Shown here: positions 21,568 through 35,387 of the stretch, piece after piece
How the letters are laid out: every line of letters begins with the position of its first letter
Numbering within the stretch: position 1 is the first letter of the stretch
Origin: an uncultured Spirochaetota bacterium
GTDB lineage: Bacteria > Spirochaetota > Spirochaetia > SZUA-6 > CAVTHK01
Reading direction: 5' to 3'
DNA length: 64,000 nt
Assembly (NCBI GenBank): GCA_963734495.1
Contig: CAVTHK010000010.1
Location: 292,568 to 356,567 of the forward strand
Position numbers and translations under genes: made by a program
Notes under the pieces: generated by a model
The model's database searches: none
The model's input: the letters and a program-made list of their open reading frames with translations, nothing else
What the model was told of the DNA's origin: nothing

Positions 21568-22725
21568 CTACAAAGCATGGTCGGGGGGTGCGTCCGCCCC
21601 GCCCCAGATACGCCGGCTCGTCCACTCGGCGGCGGGGTCGCTCCAGAAACGCGCCGCCGGCGGGAGGCCCAGCGCGACCAGAGCCGTCGCGGCCAGGTAC
21701 AGGCTGCCGCGCGAGATGTAGCTCTCCGCGAGCGAGGGCTGCGCGCCCGCCAGGCCCGGCGCAAGCCAGCCCGCGGCATCGAACGTGCCCGCGGGCGCGA
21801 GCGTCCGATCGAGGACGGCGGTGATGGCGCAGCGGACCTGGGCGGGCGCGACGCCCTCCGGAAGCAGGTCCAGCAGCGCGGCCTGGCTGAGCAGGTGGAA
21901 CGCGCCCGCCCGGTAGACGATCGACCGCCCGACGGGCGGAAAGCTGCCGTCGGGCGCCACCATCCGCTCGAGAATCGCCGCGCAGCGGCGGGCGCGCCGC
22001 CCGACCTGATCCCGCATCCCGGGCCAGAGCTCCTCGGCCTCGGGGACGGCACGCAGGACATCGAGCAGCATCGGGTGGATCACGAAGCTGTTGTAGTAGT
22101 CCCAGCGAAGATCCGGGCCGTCCGAGTAGGTGCCGTCGCCGACGTACCACTGGGCGAGCTGCCGCAGCGCGTAGTCCACGCGCATGCGGTCCCACTCCGC
22201 GCCGACTGAGGCGAAGAAGGCCTCGATCGTCGCCGAGAACAGGAGCCAGTTGTTGAAGTGCGGCCGGATGGCGCGGGTGGCACGCAGCGCGGCGAGCGCG
22301 CGGCCGCGCACGCGGCCGTCGAGGGCATGCCACAGCGCCGCCGGCGCGCGCAGGAGCCCCTGCGCGAGGAACGCGGCGTCGACCAGTGGCTGCGCGCCCT
22401 GCCCGCCCGCGAAGCTGCAGAAGTCCGGCGACCCAGGATCGGTGGCCGCGTCGATCGCCTCGCGAGCGAGGTCGAGCATCTCGCCGCGCTGGCGGCCTTC
22501 ATCCCCTTCATCCCCTTCGAGCCCCTCGAGCGCGAGCCACGGCGCAATGCCGGCAAGCAGGCGGCCCAGGGCCTCCAGCGGCGCGAACGCGGAGCGGTCT
22601 TCGCGGCCGGCAGGCATCCCGGGCATGCGCTCCTTGAGGCGGCGCTCGGCGAAGCCGCGCAGCACGGGCTCCCCAAGCCGCTGCGCCCACCCGACCCACG
22701 CCGCGCGGTCGGACTCGCCGCTCAC
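21568..22725 (-). CDS. DUF2264 domain protein
   Basis: LEALGRLLAGIAPWL, QPLVDAAFLA, NNWLLFSA, WYVGDGTYSDG, DYYNSFVIHP and GRSIVYR. Confidence 0.85.
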   Translation of the reverse strand: MSGESDRAAWVGWAQRLGEPVLRGFAERRLKERMPGMPAGREDRSAFAPLEALGRLLAGIAPWLALEGLEGDEGDEGRQRGEMLDLAREAIDAATDPGSPDFCSFAGGQGAQPLVDAAFLAQGLLRAPAALWHALDGRVRGRALAALRATRAIRPHFNNWLLFSATIEAFFASVGAEWDRMRVDYALRQLAQWYVGDGTYSDGPDLRWDYYNSFVIHPMLLDVLRAVPEAEELWPGMRDQVGRRARRCAAILERMVAPDGSFPPVGRSIVYRAGAFHLLSQAALLDLLPEGVAPAQVRCAITAVLDRTLAPAGTFDAAGWLAPGLAGAQPSLAESYISRGSLYLAATALVALGLPPAARFWSDPAAEWTSRRIWGGADAPPDHAL

Positions 22726-23867
22726 GCCCGCGCCTCCTCGCGCTCGATGATCTCCCACGCCCTCTTTACGTAGAAGCGGTACGCCGAGAGCGGCACGCCG
22801 TTCGGGATGCGGTGGTCGAGGGCGAGCACGCAGCCGCCGCTCGCGACCATCGGCGGGATCTTCCGCTCGAGGTCCGCCGCGATCGCGGCCTCGCCCCTCA
22901 GCAGGGCGAACTTGTCGAGCCCGCCCTCGAGCGCCAGGCGGCCGTAGCGCTCGCGGATGCGGACGACGTCCATTTGGGCGTTGGCCTCGCAGGGGTGGAA
23001 AAAGTTGATCCCCGCCTCGACCAGGCTCGGGAGGATCGCGTTGCAGTCGCCGTCGCTGTCGATCTGGAAGAGGCGCGCGCCGCGGCCGCGGGCCGCGTCC
23101 CACACGCGGCGGTAGTAAGGCCGCATGAGCTCGTCGACCTGCGACGGGCCCCAGAGCGGGCCGCTCTTGCCCGCCATGTCCTCGTGCACGAGCAGCATGT
23201 CGATGCCTTCGCCGCGGGCGGTCTCTTCGAGGACCCGCGCCGCGGTCTCCCCGATCGTGTCGAGGATGTCGTGCGCGAGCTCCGGCTGCGTGTAGGCGAC
23301 GACCGCCGCCTCCTCGTCGCCGAGGAGGACGCGCACCTCGTCGAACGCGCCCGGGACGCTCGCGGTCACGACGTACCCCGCCGCCTTGCGCCCGCGGATC
23401 TCGGCGGCCGCGCCCGCGGGCACCCTGCCGGGCGAGTATTGGTAGTGCGGCTTGACGCGCAGCCAGTCGTCCATGCCGCGCACGGGCCATTCCAGCGGCA
23501 GGGGCAGCGACGCGCTCTTCTTGATGAGACGGCTCCTGATGCCGCGCTCGTCGAAAAAGAGGATGTGCTCGCCGGTCTCCTCGATGAGCCGCGACTGGTC
23601 CGGGCCGACCCAGCCGGTCTTCGCGCCGCAGCCCCAGAGCAGGGCCTGGCGGTAGCGGAACGCCGAGAGGTCGAGCTCGGCCGCGGAGGCGCCCTGCGCG
23701 GCCCACTCCTCCTTGAGCCCGACCAGCGGCCCGAAGATCTCGCGGAAGAACACGCGGGGAGGCCCCTCGAAGGTGAGCGCGTCGAGGTACTCTTCGCGCC
23801 TCGCCGTCATCTCGCGTCGGATCGAGAGGCGCTCGTGGCCGGCGAGCACGTGCTGCATGATCCCCAC
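22722..23867 (-). CDS. Uroporphyrinogen decarboxylase/MtaA-like TIM-barrel protein
   Basis: HEDMAGKSGPL, DSDGD, LEGGLDK and GGCVLALDHRIP. Confidence 0.75.
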   Translation of the reverse strand: MGIMQHVLAGHERLSIRREMTARREEYLDALTFEGPPRVFFREIFGPLVGLKEEWAAQGASAAELDLSAFRYRQALLWGCGAKTGWVGPDQSRLIEETGEHILFFDERGIRSRLIKKSASLPLPLEWPVRGMDDWLRVKPHYQYSPGRVPAGAAAEIRGRKAAGYVVTASVPGAFDEVRVLLGDEEAAVVAYTQPELAHDILDTIGETAARVLEETARGEGIDMLLVHEDMAGKSGPLWGPSQVDELMRPYYRRVWDAARGRGARLFQIDSDGDCNAILPSLVEAGINFFHPCEANAQMDVVRIRERYGRLALEGGLDKFALLRGEAAIAADLERKIPPMVASGGCVLALDHRIPNGVPLSAYRFYVKRAWEIIEREEARA

Positions 23868-23880
23868 GGCCGCCCCCCCG

Positions 23881-24381
23881 CTACGTCTCGCGGTAGACGC
23901 CGAGGATCTCGCCGTAGTACACGCGGTGGAAGTCGCCGTTCGGGTAGCTCTTCGCCACGATCTCGCGGTCCAGGTCGGCGTTCACGACGTTGCCCTTGTG
24001 GATCACCCGGCACTCGTAATGCACGGGGCACTGCGTGATGTAGGGCACCTTCACCTCCCGGCTCGGGGCCAGGGTAAGCCGGTGCGTCCGGATCTTGTCG
24101 ACGTCGCGGCCCGACTCGGAGCCGATGAACGCCACCTCCCGCTTGAGCGAGTCGGGAGGCACGTTGACCGTGAACTCGCCCAGCGCCTCGATGAGCCCGA
24201 AGGTGTAGCGCGACGGCCGTACGAGCACGGCGAAGACGGGCCTGCCCCACACGATCCCCACCGTGCCCCACCCGATCGTCATCGGGTTGCCCTTCTCGCC
24301 GCCGACGAGCAGGCAGCCGCCCTGGCCCAGCTTCGCGACCGTTTCCGCGAAGGCGTCGAACGATCCGATCTTCTCGCGCAC
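23881..24381 (-). CDS. Flavin reductase-like protein
   Basis: NPMTIGWG, VRPSRYT, GSESGRDVDK, YECRV and HRVYYGEI; AAGGAGG RBS. Confidence 0.85.
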   Translation of the reverse strand: MREKIGSFDAFAETVAKLGQGGCLLVGGEKGNPMTIGWGTVGIVWGRPVFAVLVRPSRYTFGLIEALGEFTVNVPPDSLKREVAFIGSESGRDVDKIRTHRLTLAPSREVKVPYITQCPVHYECRVIHKGNVVNADLDREIVAKSYPNGDFHRVYYGEILGVYRET

Positions 24382-24473
24382 GGGATCCTCCTTTTCGGCG
24401 ACAGAATGCACGCCCTCCGGCCCCGGTGTCAAAGCGAGTCAAAGCGAAGCCCCACGCGTGTTATGCTCCCGCC

Positions 24474-26039
24474 ATGAGCGCGCACCTGGTCATCGGCATC
24501 GACTGCAGCACGACGGGCTGCAAGGCCATCGCGTGGGACAGGACGGGCCGCCCCGCGGCCGAAGGACGGGCGGCCTTCGAGATGGTCCAACCCCACCCGG
24601 CCTGGTACGAGCAGGACGCCGAGATGTGGTGGGGCGGGACGGTCAGCGCCCTTCGCGACCTCGCGGGCCGGGTCGACATCCGCGGCGTGGAGGCGCTCTC
24701 CATCACCCACCAGCGCGAGAGCTTCGTCCCCGTCGACGGTCGCGGCCGGCCCCTGCGCAACGCGATCCTCTGGCTCGACGAGCGCGCGCGCCTGCAGGTG
24801 GCGGGCATCGAGCGGCGGCTCGGCGCCGAGCTCATCCACCGCACCACCGGAAGGCCCCCGTCGATGATCCCGGCGCTGCCCAAGATCCTCTGGCTGGCGG
24901 AGAATGAGCCGGACATATTGAAGAAGGCCGCCCGCATCCTCGACTGCCACGCATTCCTGGTCCACCGCCTATGCGGTGTTTGGCGCACGAGCCTCGCTTC
25001 GGCCGACCCCCTCGGCCTCGTCGACATGGAGCGCGGCCGCTGGTGGGAGGCGGCGCTCCCCGAAGTCGGCCTCGACCCGCGTCAGCTGCCCGACATCGTG
25101 CCGCCGGGCGCGGCCATCGGCAGCGTCGGCACGGAGGCCGCGGCCGCGACCGGGCTGCCGCGGGGCCTGCCGGTCTTTGCCGGCGGCGGCGACGGGCAGT
25201 GCGCGGGGCTAGGCGCGGGGGCCACCGATCCGCGGCGGCCGTACCTGAACATGGGCACGGCGGTCGTGGCGGGAGCGTGGTCCGCCCGTTATCTCACCGA
25301 CCGCGCCTTCCGTACGCTGAGCGCCCCCGCCGCGGGGGCCTTCTTCCTCGAGACCTGCCTCAAGGGCGGCGTCTACACGGTCGGCTGGTTCGCGGAGAGG
25401 TGGGCCCGCGACCTGGGCGCCGCGCCGGAGCCCGCGCTGGAGCGGGAGGCCGCATCCGTGCCCGAGGGCGCCGACGGGCTGCTGCTGGTCCCCTACTGGC
25501 ATAACGTGCTGAACCCTTACTGGGACCCCGCGGCGACGGGAATCACGATCGGGTGGACCGGGACGCACGGCCGCGGCCATTTCTACCGCGCCCTCCTGGA
25601 GGGCATCGCGTACGAGCAACGCCTCGCGGGCGACGGGGTCATGGCCGCGCTGGGACACCGATTCGACGAGTATGTCATCCTGGGCGGGGGCAGCCGCAGC
25701 GGGCTCTGGTGCCGGATCATGGCCGACGTAACGGGAGTGCCCGCGGTGCGCGCAGCCGAGAGCGAAGCGACCTGCCTCGGCGCCGGCATCCTTGCGGCGG
25801 CGGGCGCCGGCTGGTACCCCGACGCCCTCGCGGCTGCCGCGTCGATGACGCGCACGGGCGAGCGCTTCGAGCCCGACCCGGGCCGTGCCGCCGCCTACGA
25901 CCGCATCTACCGCGAGGTCTACCGCCCGCTCTTTCCGGCGGTTCAGCCGCTCGTCGACCGGCTCACGGAGATCACCGACGCCATGCGCGAAGCCGGCCCT
26001 ACCAGTCCGCGCGGCGAACAGGCAGCGGGTCGGCCGTGA
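24474..26039 (+). CDS. FGGY-family carbohydrate kinase (xylulokinase-like)
   Basis: GIDCSTTGCKA, THQRES, AILWLDER, GGGDGQCA, RALLEGIA and GGGSRSGLW. Confidence 0.88.
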   Translation: MSAHLVIGIDCSTTGCKAIAWDRTGRPAAEGRAAFEMVQPHPAWYEQDAEMWWGGTVSALRDLAGRVDIRGVEALSITHQRESFVPVDGRGRPLRNAILWLDERARLQVAGIERRLGAELIHRTTGRPPSMIPALPKILWLAENEPDILKKAARILDCHAFLVHRLCGVWRTSLASADPLGLVDMERGRWWEAALPEVGLDPRQLPDIVPPGAAIGSVGTEAAAATGLPRGLPVFAGGGDGQCAGLGAGATDPRRPYLNMGTAVVAGAWSARYLTDRAFRTLSAPAAGAFFLETCLKGGVYTVGWFAERWARDLGAAPEPALEREAASVPEGADGLLLVPYWHNVLNPYWDPAATGITIGWTGTHGRGHFYRALLEGIAYEQRLAGDGVMAALGHRFDEYVILGGGSRSGLWCRIMADVTGVPAVRAAESEATCLGAGILAAAGAGWYPDALAAAASMTRTGERFEPDPGRAAAYDRIYREVYRPLFPAVQPLVDRLTEITDAMREAGPTSPRGEQAAGRP

Positions 26040-27438
26040 AGGCCATGCGGTTCGCCAGGCGCAGCAGCATGTCGGACCTGAGGCCCGCGTGCGCCGGCGA
26101 GCTCCACAGGTTGCGCGTTTCCGAGGGATCGGCCTCGAGGTCATAGAGCTCCCCGGTGCTGTTCCCGTGGTCGACGGCGATCTTGGCGCCTGCCGTGCGC
26201 ACCATCGTCACCTGGGCGGTCGGGTCGCGGTGCCAGGGCATCGCGTTGTAGTACTCCGAGTAGACGTCATCCCGATGGCGGTCCGCCGGCGCGGCCCCCG
26301 TGAGCAGCGGCCAGAGCGAGCGCCCCTGCATCCCGGGGTGATGCGGCAGCCCGGCCGCATCGAGGAGCGTCTGCGCCAGGTCCGTCAGCTCCACAAGCGC
26401 CGTCGCTCGCCGGGCCGCGATCGTGCCGGGCCACGACACGATGAGCGGGACGCGAACCGCGGGCTCGTAGAAGTAGGGTCCCTTGAGGTAGATGCCGTGG
26501 TCGCCCAGCATCTCGCCGTGATCGCTCATGAAGATGACGATCGTGTTCTCCGCCTGTCCCGTGCGCTCGAGCTCGTCGAGCATGCGGCCCACCTGCACGT
26601 CGATGAGGTCGCACATGGCCCAGTAGGCGGCGCGCACAACGCGGTGGTCCCTGGCCGTCATCTTGTCGTAGGGAAAGCCGGCCTTGCCGCCGTACGCTCC
26701 CTCGTGATCGATGCGCTGGTAGACCGGCTTGTCCGCGAGCTCGCCTTCGACGTACCGCGGCAGCGGGATGTCGTCGAGCCGCTCGAGGTAGCGGGCCAGG
26801 TATTCCACGGGCGGGTCGAAGGCGTGGTGCGGATCGAAGACGTTCACGGAGAACAGCCACGGACGCTCGAAGCGCGCCGCGTTGCGCATGAACTCGATGG
26901 CTTTTTCGGCGCAGAAGGTCGTCGGGTGATCCGCCTCGGGCGCCCCGTCGCGCACCCACTTCGAGTGCGGCGAGACAGGCCGCTTGATCTCGCGCCCCTT
27001 CGCCCTCACCCACTGGTGATACTCGTTGGTCGCCCAGATGTCCTCGGGATCGTGGGACCAGCGGAAGACGTCGTACCCGTCGTCGATGCGGCGCTCGGTG
27101 CCCTTGCAGACGGACGGGTTGCAGGCGGAGAGGTGCAGCTTGCCCGAGAGCCCGCAGACGTACCCGGCGTCGTGCAGGAGCCGCGTCACGAGCACCTCTT
27201 CGGCGGGGATGTCCGCGCCGTTCTGCCGCGCGCGGCAGGTGCGCGGGTACCGGCCGGTGAGGAAGCTGCCGCGGCTCGGCGTGCAGATGGGGCTCTGAAC
27301 AAACGCGCGCTCGAAGAGAGCGCCCGAAGCGGCGAGCCGGTCGATGCAGGGCGTGCGCACCCAGGGGTTGCCGTAGCAGCCGAGGGCGTCGAAGCGCTGC
27401 TGGTCGGTGCAGATCCAGAGGATGTTGGGCTGCTTCAT
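25999..27438 (-). CDS. Sulfatase (Cys-type, CTPSR)
   Basis: PNILWICTDQQR, CTPSRGSFLTGRY, GKLHL, SDHGEMLGDHG and ELYDLEADP. Confidence 0.9.
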   Translation of the reverse strand: MKQPNILWICTDQQRFDALGCYGNPWVRTPCIDRLAASGALFERAFVQSPICTPSRGSFLTGRYPRTCRARQNGADIPAEEVLVTRLLHDAGYVCGLSGKLHLSACNPSVCKGTERRIDDGYDVFRWSHDPEDIWATNEYHQWVRAKGREIKRPVSPHSKWVRDGAPEADHPTTFCAEKAIEFMRNAARFERPWLFSVNVFDPHHAFDPPVEYLARYLERLDDIPLPRYVEGELADKPVYQRIDHEGAYGGKAGFPYDKMTARDHRVVRAAYWAMCDLIDVQVGRMLDELERTGQAENTIVIFMSDHGEMLGDHGIYLKGPYFYEPAVRVPLIVSWPGTIAARRATALVELTDLAQTLLDAAGLPHHPGMQGRSLWPLLTGAAPADRHRDDVYSEYYNAMPWHRDPTAQVTMVRTAGAKIAVDHGNSTGELYDLEADPSETRNLWSSPAHAGLRSDMLLRLANRMAFTADPLPVRRADW

Positions 27439-29133
27439 TCGGCTGCCTCCGCCTTGACTCGATCGATCACCAGCCTGCCGCTTCCGACCACCCCCGGCAG
27501 CATCTCCACCGCCAGCCTGCGGATCCCGAGCGGAAGCCGCAGGCTGCCCTGCCATACGAGAGCGGCCTCGGCAGCCGCGTCGACGGGGCCGCCGAGCGGC
27601 TCGCCGTCGAGCGTGAACGCGAAGCGCCCCTCGCCCGAGAGCGTCATCGACATCCGGAACAGGCCGTCCTTGGGTATCGGAAGCCCGAGCGTCAGGCGGT
27701 CGCCGGGCCGCGACTCCCGACCATTCCAGAGGCCCGGGAGCGTAGCCTCCCAGCTCCGGCGTCACGCGGCCCCCCGCCACCTCGAAGGTGTAGAGCCTGC
27801 CGCCTTCTACCTCGCCGTCGATCTGCGCCTCGCCCGGCCGCCTCCGCGCCGCCCTGAGCCGGCGGTCGAAGCCCGCGCCGAGCGCGAGCAGGCGCTCGAC
27901 GACCTCGGGGTGCTGCGCCGCGACGTCCCGGTTCTCGTGTGCATCCTCGAGGTCGAACAGCTCGAGTCCGATCGTCTCGACGGAGGTGCGCCCCGGCTTG
28001 CCGCCCCGCCCCCCCTCGACGACGTGCACGTACGGGTGCGGCACGTGCAGCTTCCAGCGCCCCGAGCGGATCGCCTCCAGCGAGTAGCCGCGGTAGTGGA
28101 AGAACGCCTGGTGCGGGCTCGCGGCGCGGCAGGCGAGCACGGCCGCGACGTCCTGGCCGTCGATCTCGTGCGCGGGCAGCCCGGCCCCCGCGAGCGCCGC
28201 GAAGGTGGGAAGCAGGTCCAGCTCGGTCACCAGCTCGACGCAGGTGCGGCCCGCGGGCAGCCGGGCGGGCCAGCGCATCACGCACGGCACGCGCTGCCCT
28301 CCGTCAAAGGTGGTCCACTTGCCTTCGCGCAGCGGCCCCTGGCTTCCGCCGTGCTCGCCGTACTCGAGCCATGGCCCGTTGTCGGAGGTAAAGATCACGA
28401 GCGTGTCCTCGTCGAGCCCGAGCCGCCCGAGCGTCTCGAGGATCCGCCCCACCGACCAGTCGATCTCCATGATGACGTCGCCATAGAGGCCGCGCCGCGA
28501 CTTCCCCTTGAACTTGTCCGACACTGCGAGGGGCACATGCGGCATCGAATGAGGAAGGTAGACGAAGAAGGGCCTCTCGCGGTTGCGCTCGATGAAAGCC
28601 ACCGCGCGCTCCGTGTACCGGGTGGTGAGCTGCGTCAGGTCCGGGTTGTACTCGATGACCTTCTCGTCCTGCAGCAGGGGCAGAGGCGGCATCCGCGCAC
28701 CGCGCTCGGGCACCGGATGGTTCGGCGCCATGTCGTTGGAATACGGCAGGCCGAGGTACTCGTCGAAGCCGTGGCGGGTCGGCAGGAACTCGGGATGGCT
28801 GCCGAGGTGCCACTTGCCGTAGCAGGCTGTGGCATAGCCGCGCGTCTTGAGCAGGGCGGCGATGGTCTTTTCCTCCGGGCCGAGCCCCCTGGGCGTCCAC
28901 GGGACGAGGATGTCCGGCAGGCTGATCCTCTGCGCGTAGCAGCCGGTCAGCAGCGCGGCGCGCGACGCCGTACAGGTGGGCGCGGCCACGCAGTAGTTCG
29001 TGAACCGCACGCCCTGCGCTGCCATGCGGTCGATGCTCGGAGTGTCGATATCGCCCGCCCCATAGCAGCCAATGTCGCCGTAGCCGAGGTCGTCGGTGAG
29101 GATGATGACGAAGTTGGGCCGTTCGCGCGCCAT
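27435..29133 (-). CDS. Arylsulfatase A-like sulfatase (CTASR) with a C-terminal extra domain; frameshift near 27690
   Basis: PNFVIILTDDLGYGD, CTASRAALLTG, GKWHLG, SDNGPW and GGQRVP; C-terminal tail in ORF 27435..27653. Confidence 0.88.
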
Positions 29134-29139
29134 CGCTCG

Positions 29140-30606
29140 TCAGTCCAGCGGCGCGGCGTCGCCGGTATTCGTCCGCCAGGAGCCGAGGCGCGCCTTGACG
29201 TCCCGGACGACGGCCGCGGCGCCGTTGTCGCCGGCGAGATTGCGCAGCTCGTACGGGTCCTTCTCCAGGTCGTAGAGCTCGGCAAGCTGGCCGCGGTTGG
29301 CCACGTACTTCCAGCGGCCGGTCAGCACGGCCCTCCCGATGTGATCCTCCATGTGCCCGTGCGTCTCGCACATGAGGTCCTCGCGCCAGCCCCGCGCGTC
29401 CCCGGCTGCGACCGGCAGCAGGCTCCGCCCGTCGACCGGAGTCTCGAAGGCGAGCCCGGCCGCGTCGAGGAACGTCGGCGCCAGGTCGATGTTGCTCGCG
29501 AGGGCATCGGTCTTTTGCCCTGCCGCGATCCGGCCGGGAAAGCGCAGGGCGAGCGGCACGCGCACCATCTCCTCGGGCATGTAGGAGCGCTTGTCGAAGT
29601 GGCCGCCGTGGCAGGCGAGCCCGTCGCCGTGGTCCGTCGTCCAGAGCACGAGCGTGTCGTCGGCGAGGCCGAGGCGGTCGAGCGCGTCGAGGATGCGGCC
29701 GCCGGCCTCGTCGACCAGGGTGATCTGCGCGTAGGCGCGGGCCACGACCTTCTGCCATTCGCTCCAGGGAAGCGGGTTCGGGATCCGGAGCTTCCCCTTG
29801 TCGTGCAGCGGTTCGTTGCCCTCGCTGCGGTAGATCTCGGGCTTGCCCGAGAGGTCGTCGCGGAAGCTCCCGTACTCGGGGATCGCGTCGGCCCGGTACG
29901 TGTCCGCGAATCGCCGCGTCGGGAAGTAGGGCTGGTGCGGGCCCCAGAAGTCGACGCGCAGCGCGAAGGGTTTTTTCGCAGCGGCGAGTTGCTCCAGGCG
30001 TTCGCACGCGAGGTTGGCGAGGAAGAAGGCCTCGTGCGTGTCGTCGGGGGTGAGCATGACGCCGCTCGCGTGCTCGTTGCACCAGCGCCGCTCCTGCCTG
30101 TAGCGCTCGCCCGCCTTCATCGGATTCGGCTCGCCGCCGATCACCGGCCCCCAGAAGCTTCGCTCGATCAGGATCTCCGGCCGCGGAAGCCCGCGTCGCT
30201 CGAGGTAGTGCTTGTACTCCGGCTTGGTGTACGGGTTGTTGTAGCTCGGGTAGCTGAAACCGCGGCACCCGTGCTCCAGGGCGGTCCCGGGGCCCGCGTG
30301 CCACTTGCCGTAGTACCAGCAGTCGTAGCCTTCGGCGGCAAGCAGGTCGAGGTACGTCTCGCGGTCGAATGCGTGATTGCTGTCGTTCTTGACCTCGCCG
30401 TGGTTGTGGGGAAAGAGACCCGTGAGCATCGTGCGGCGGGCGGGGCCACAGAGCGGGCAGGCCGTGTAGGCGCGGCTGAACTCGACGCCGCCGCGGGCGA
30501 GGCGCTCGAACTGCGGCCGCCGCACCTGCGGTCCTCCGTCCCACCCGTGACGGTAGTACGCCTGGTGATCGTTCAGGATGAAGACGATGTTGGGTCGCTT
30601 GCTCAC
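29140..30606 (-). CDS. Sulfatase (Cys-type, CGPAR)
   Basis: PNIVFILNDH, CGPARRTMLTG, GKWH, TDHGD and ELYDLEKDPYE. Confidence 0.88.
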   Translation of the reverse strand: MSKRPNIVFILNDHQAYYRHGWDGGPQVRRPQFERLARGGVEFSRAYTACPLCGPARRTMLTGLFPHNHGEVKNDSNHAFDRETYLDLLAAEGYDCWYYGKWHAGPGTALEHGCRGFSYPSYNNPYTKPEYKHYLERRGLPRPEILIERSFWGPVIGGEPNPMKAGERYRQERRWCNEHASGVMLTPDDTHEAFFLANLACERLEQLAAAKKPFALRVDFWGPHQPYFPTRRFADTYRADAIPEYGSFRDDLSGKPEIYRSEGNEPLHDKGKLRIPNPLPWSEWQKVVARAYAQITLVDEAGGRILDALDRLGLADDTLVLWTTDHGDGLACHGGHFDKRSYMPEEMVRVPLALRFPGRIAAGQKTDALASNIDLAPTFLDAAGLAFETPVDGRSLLPVAAGDARGWREDLMCETHGHMEDHIGRAVLTGRWKYVANRGQLAELYDLEKDPYELRNLAGDNGAAAVVRDVKARLGSWRTNTGDAAPLD

Positions 30607-30610
30607 GACG

Positions 30611-33896
<3,286 letters not shown>

Positions 33897-33905
33897 CGGG
33901 CCGCC

Positions 33906-35335
33906 CTACTTCTGGTACATGTCCGGCGTATAGTCCCTCGCCGGGTCCCAGTTCGCGAAGACCCAGTCCTGCTTGCTCACCTTGCCGCCCCTTGCCTGCA
34001 CCGCGGCTATGGCCCGCGCTCGCTCCGCGGTGACGGCGTCGTTGTACGTCTTGAGCGCCCCGCGCAAGTCCGTGATCGCCCCGCTGAAGGCCCCCATGAT
34101 GATGTCGCCGACGTTCGGCGTGATCGGCTTCATCTCGGTGATCACGTCGGCCACCTGCGGGTTGCGGATCTGGGGCACGGGGAGATGAGGACGCGCGTGG
34201 ACGCCAGGTTGTTGACCTTGACGTAGCTCGCGTGCACCGCGGCCTTCGCGACGGCGCTCATGTCCAGCGGCGGCTGATCCTGGCCGAGGGCCAGGGCCGC
34301 ATAGTAGGATTCGGACATCAGCCCCTCGAAGAACTCCGCCGCGATCTTCGGGTTCTTGCCCTGGCTGGTCAGCCAGAACTGGCCGCCGGCGGGCGGCATG
34401 TATGTCCGCCCCGGGGCCGAGGCGTTCGGGACGGGCACCCACGCGACGTCGGTATACGCCAGCGCGTCGGGGAAGCCGGTCTTGAGCGAGCCCGTGTTCC
34501 ACGGGCCGTCGAAGAAGAAGCCGATGTTGCCGGCGGCCCAGCGGGCGCGGGCGTTGCGCGCGTCGAGCGTGATCGACGCCGGGAACAGAGAGCCCTGCTC
34601 CTTGAACTTGAGCAGGAACTCGATCGCCTTGACGTAGGGCTCGCTCGCGTACTGGTAGTCGCCGGTGCGCCAGTCGATCGGTCCCGGCGACCCGGCCGCC
34701 ATCGCGAGCTTGTCCACGGTGTCCCACATGCGGTCCGTGAACTTGATCTGGATCACGATCCCGTAGTTGCCGCCCTTCGTCATCGCCTTGGCGGCCTTGA
34801 GCACGTCGTCGTAGGTGGCCAGGCCCTTTTCCGCGATCGATTCCCGCCGCCTTGACCATGTCCTTGTTGAACCAGAGCGTCGACACCGACTGCCTGCTGG
34901 CTGAAGATCGGCACCGTGTAGACCTTGCCCTTGAAGACCGACAGCCCCTCGAAGAGCTGGTCGGCCACGAGCTTGTTCTTGCGCACGTCGACGTAGGGAT
35001 CGATCGGGACGTACCAGCCCTCGTCGATGAGCTTGGAGGCCGGCACTCCCGTGACGTTGCTGGTGACGTCCGGCAGCTGCCCGCTCTTGAAGGCAAGCTG
35101 CAGCGCCTCGGGCATCGTCGCCGGGTTGTAGACCGTGTGCTCCACCGTCAGGTTGGGGTGGCGCTTCTTCATCGCATCGAGGATGGCGTCGTGCGCAGCG
35201 GTCAGGGGCTGAAAGTGATCCCAGACCCGGATCGTGATCGGCCCGGTCGCGGCCGCGGGCTCGGTCTGCCCTCCGGCGAACGCCGCCGCGGCTGCGAGAG
35301 CGAGAAGCGGCATGGAACCCGAACAGTCTCTTCAT
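33906..35335 (-). CDS. Carbohydrate ABC substrate-binding protein with several frameshifts
   Basis: Signal peptide ending AFAGGQTE, KSGQLPDV, LWFNKDM and FDGPW; AAGGAGG RBS. Confidence 0.82.
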
Positions 35336-35387
35336 GGAGGCCTCCTTCGACTCACTGGTCCTGATTCTGAGGTCGGCCGCGCGATCT

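Noticed and set aside
22496..22518. 9-bp in-frame duplication (GDEGDEG) in DUF2264
   Set aside because: Trivial local duplication
25999..29133. 1044-aa double-sulfatase fusion
   Set aside because: Created by a frameshift near 27690; the second sulfatase has its own GGAGG RBS and an ATGA overlap at 27435-27438
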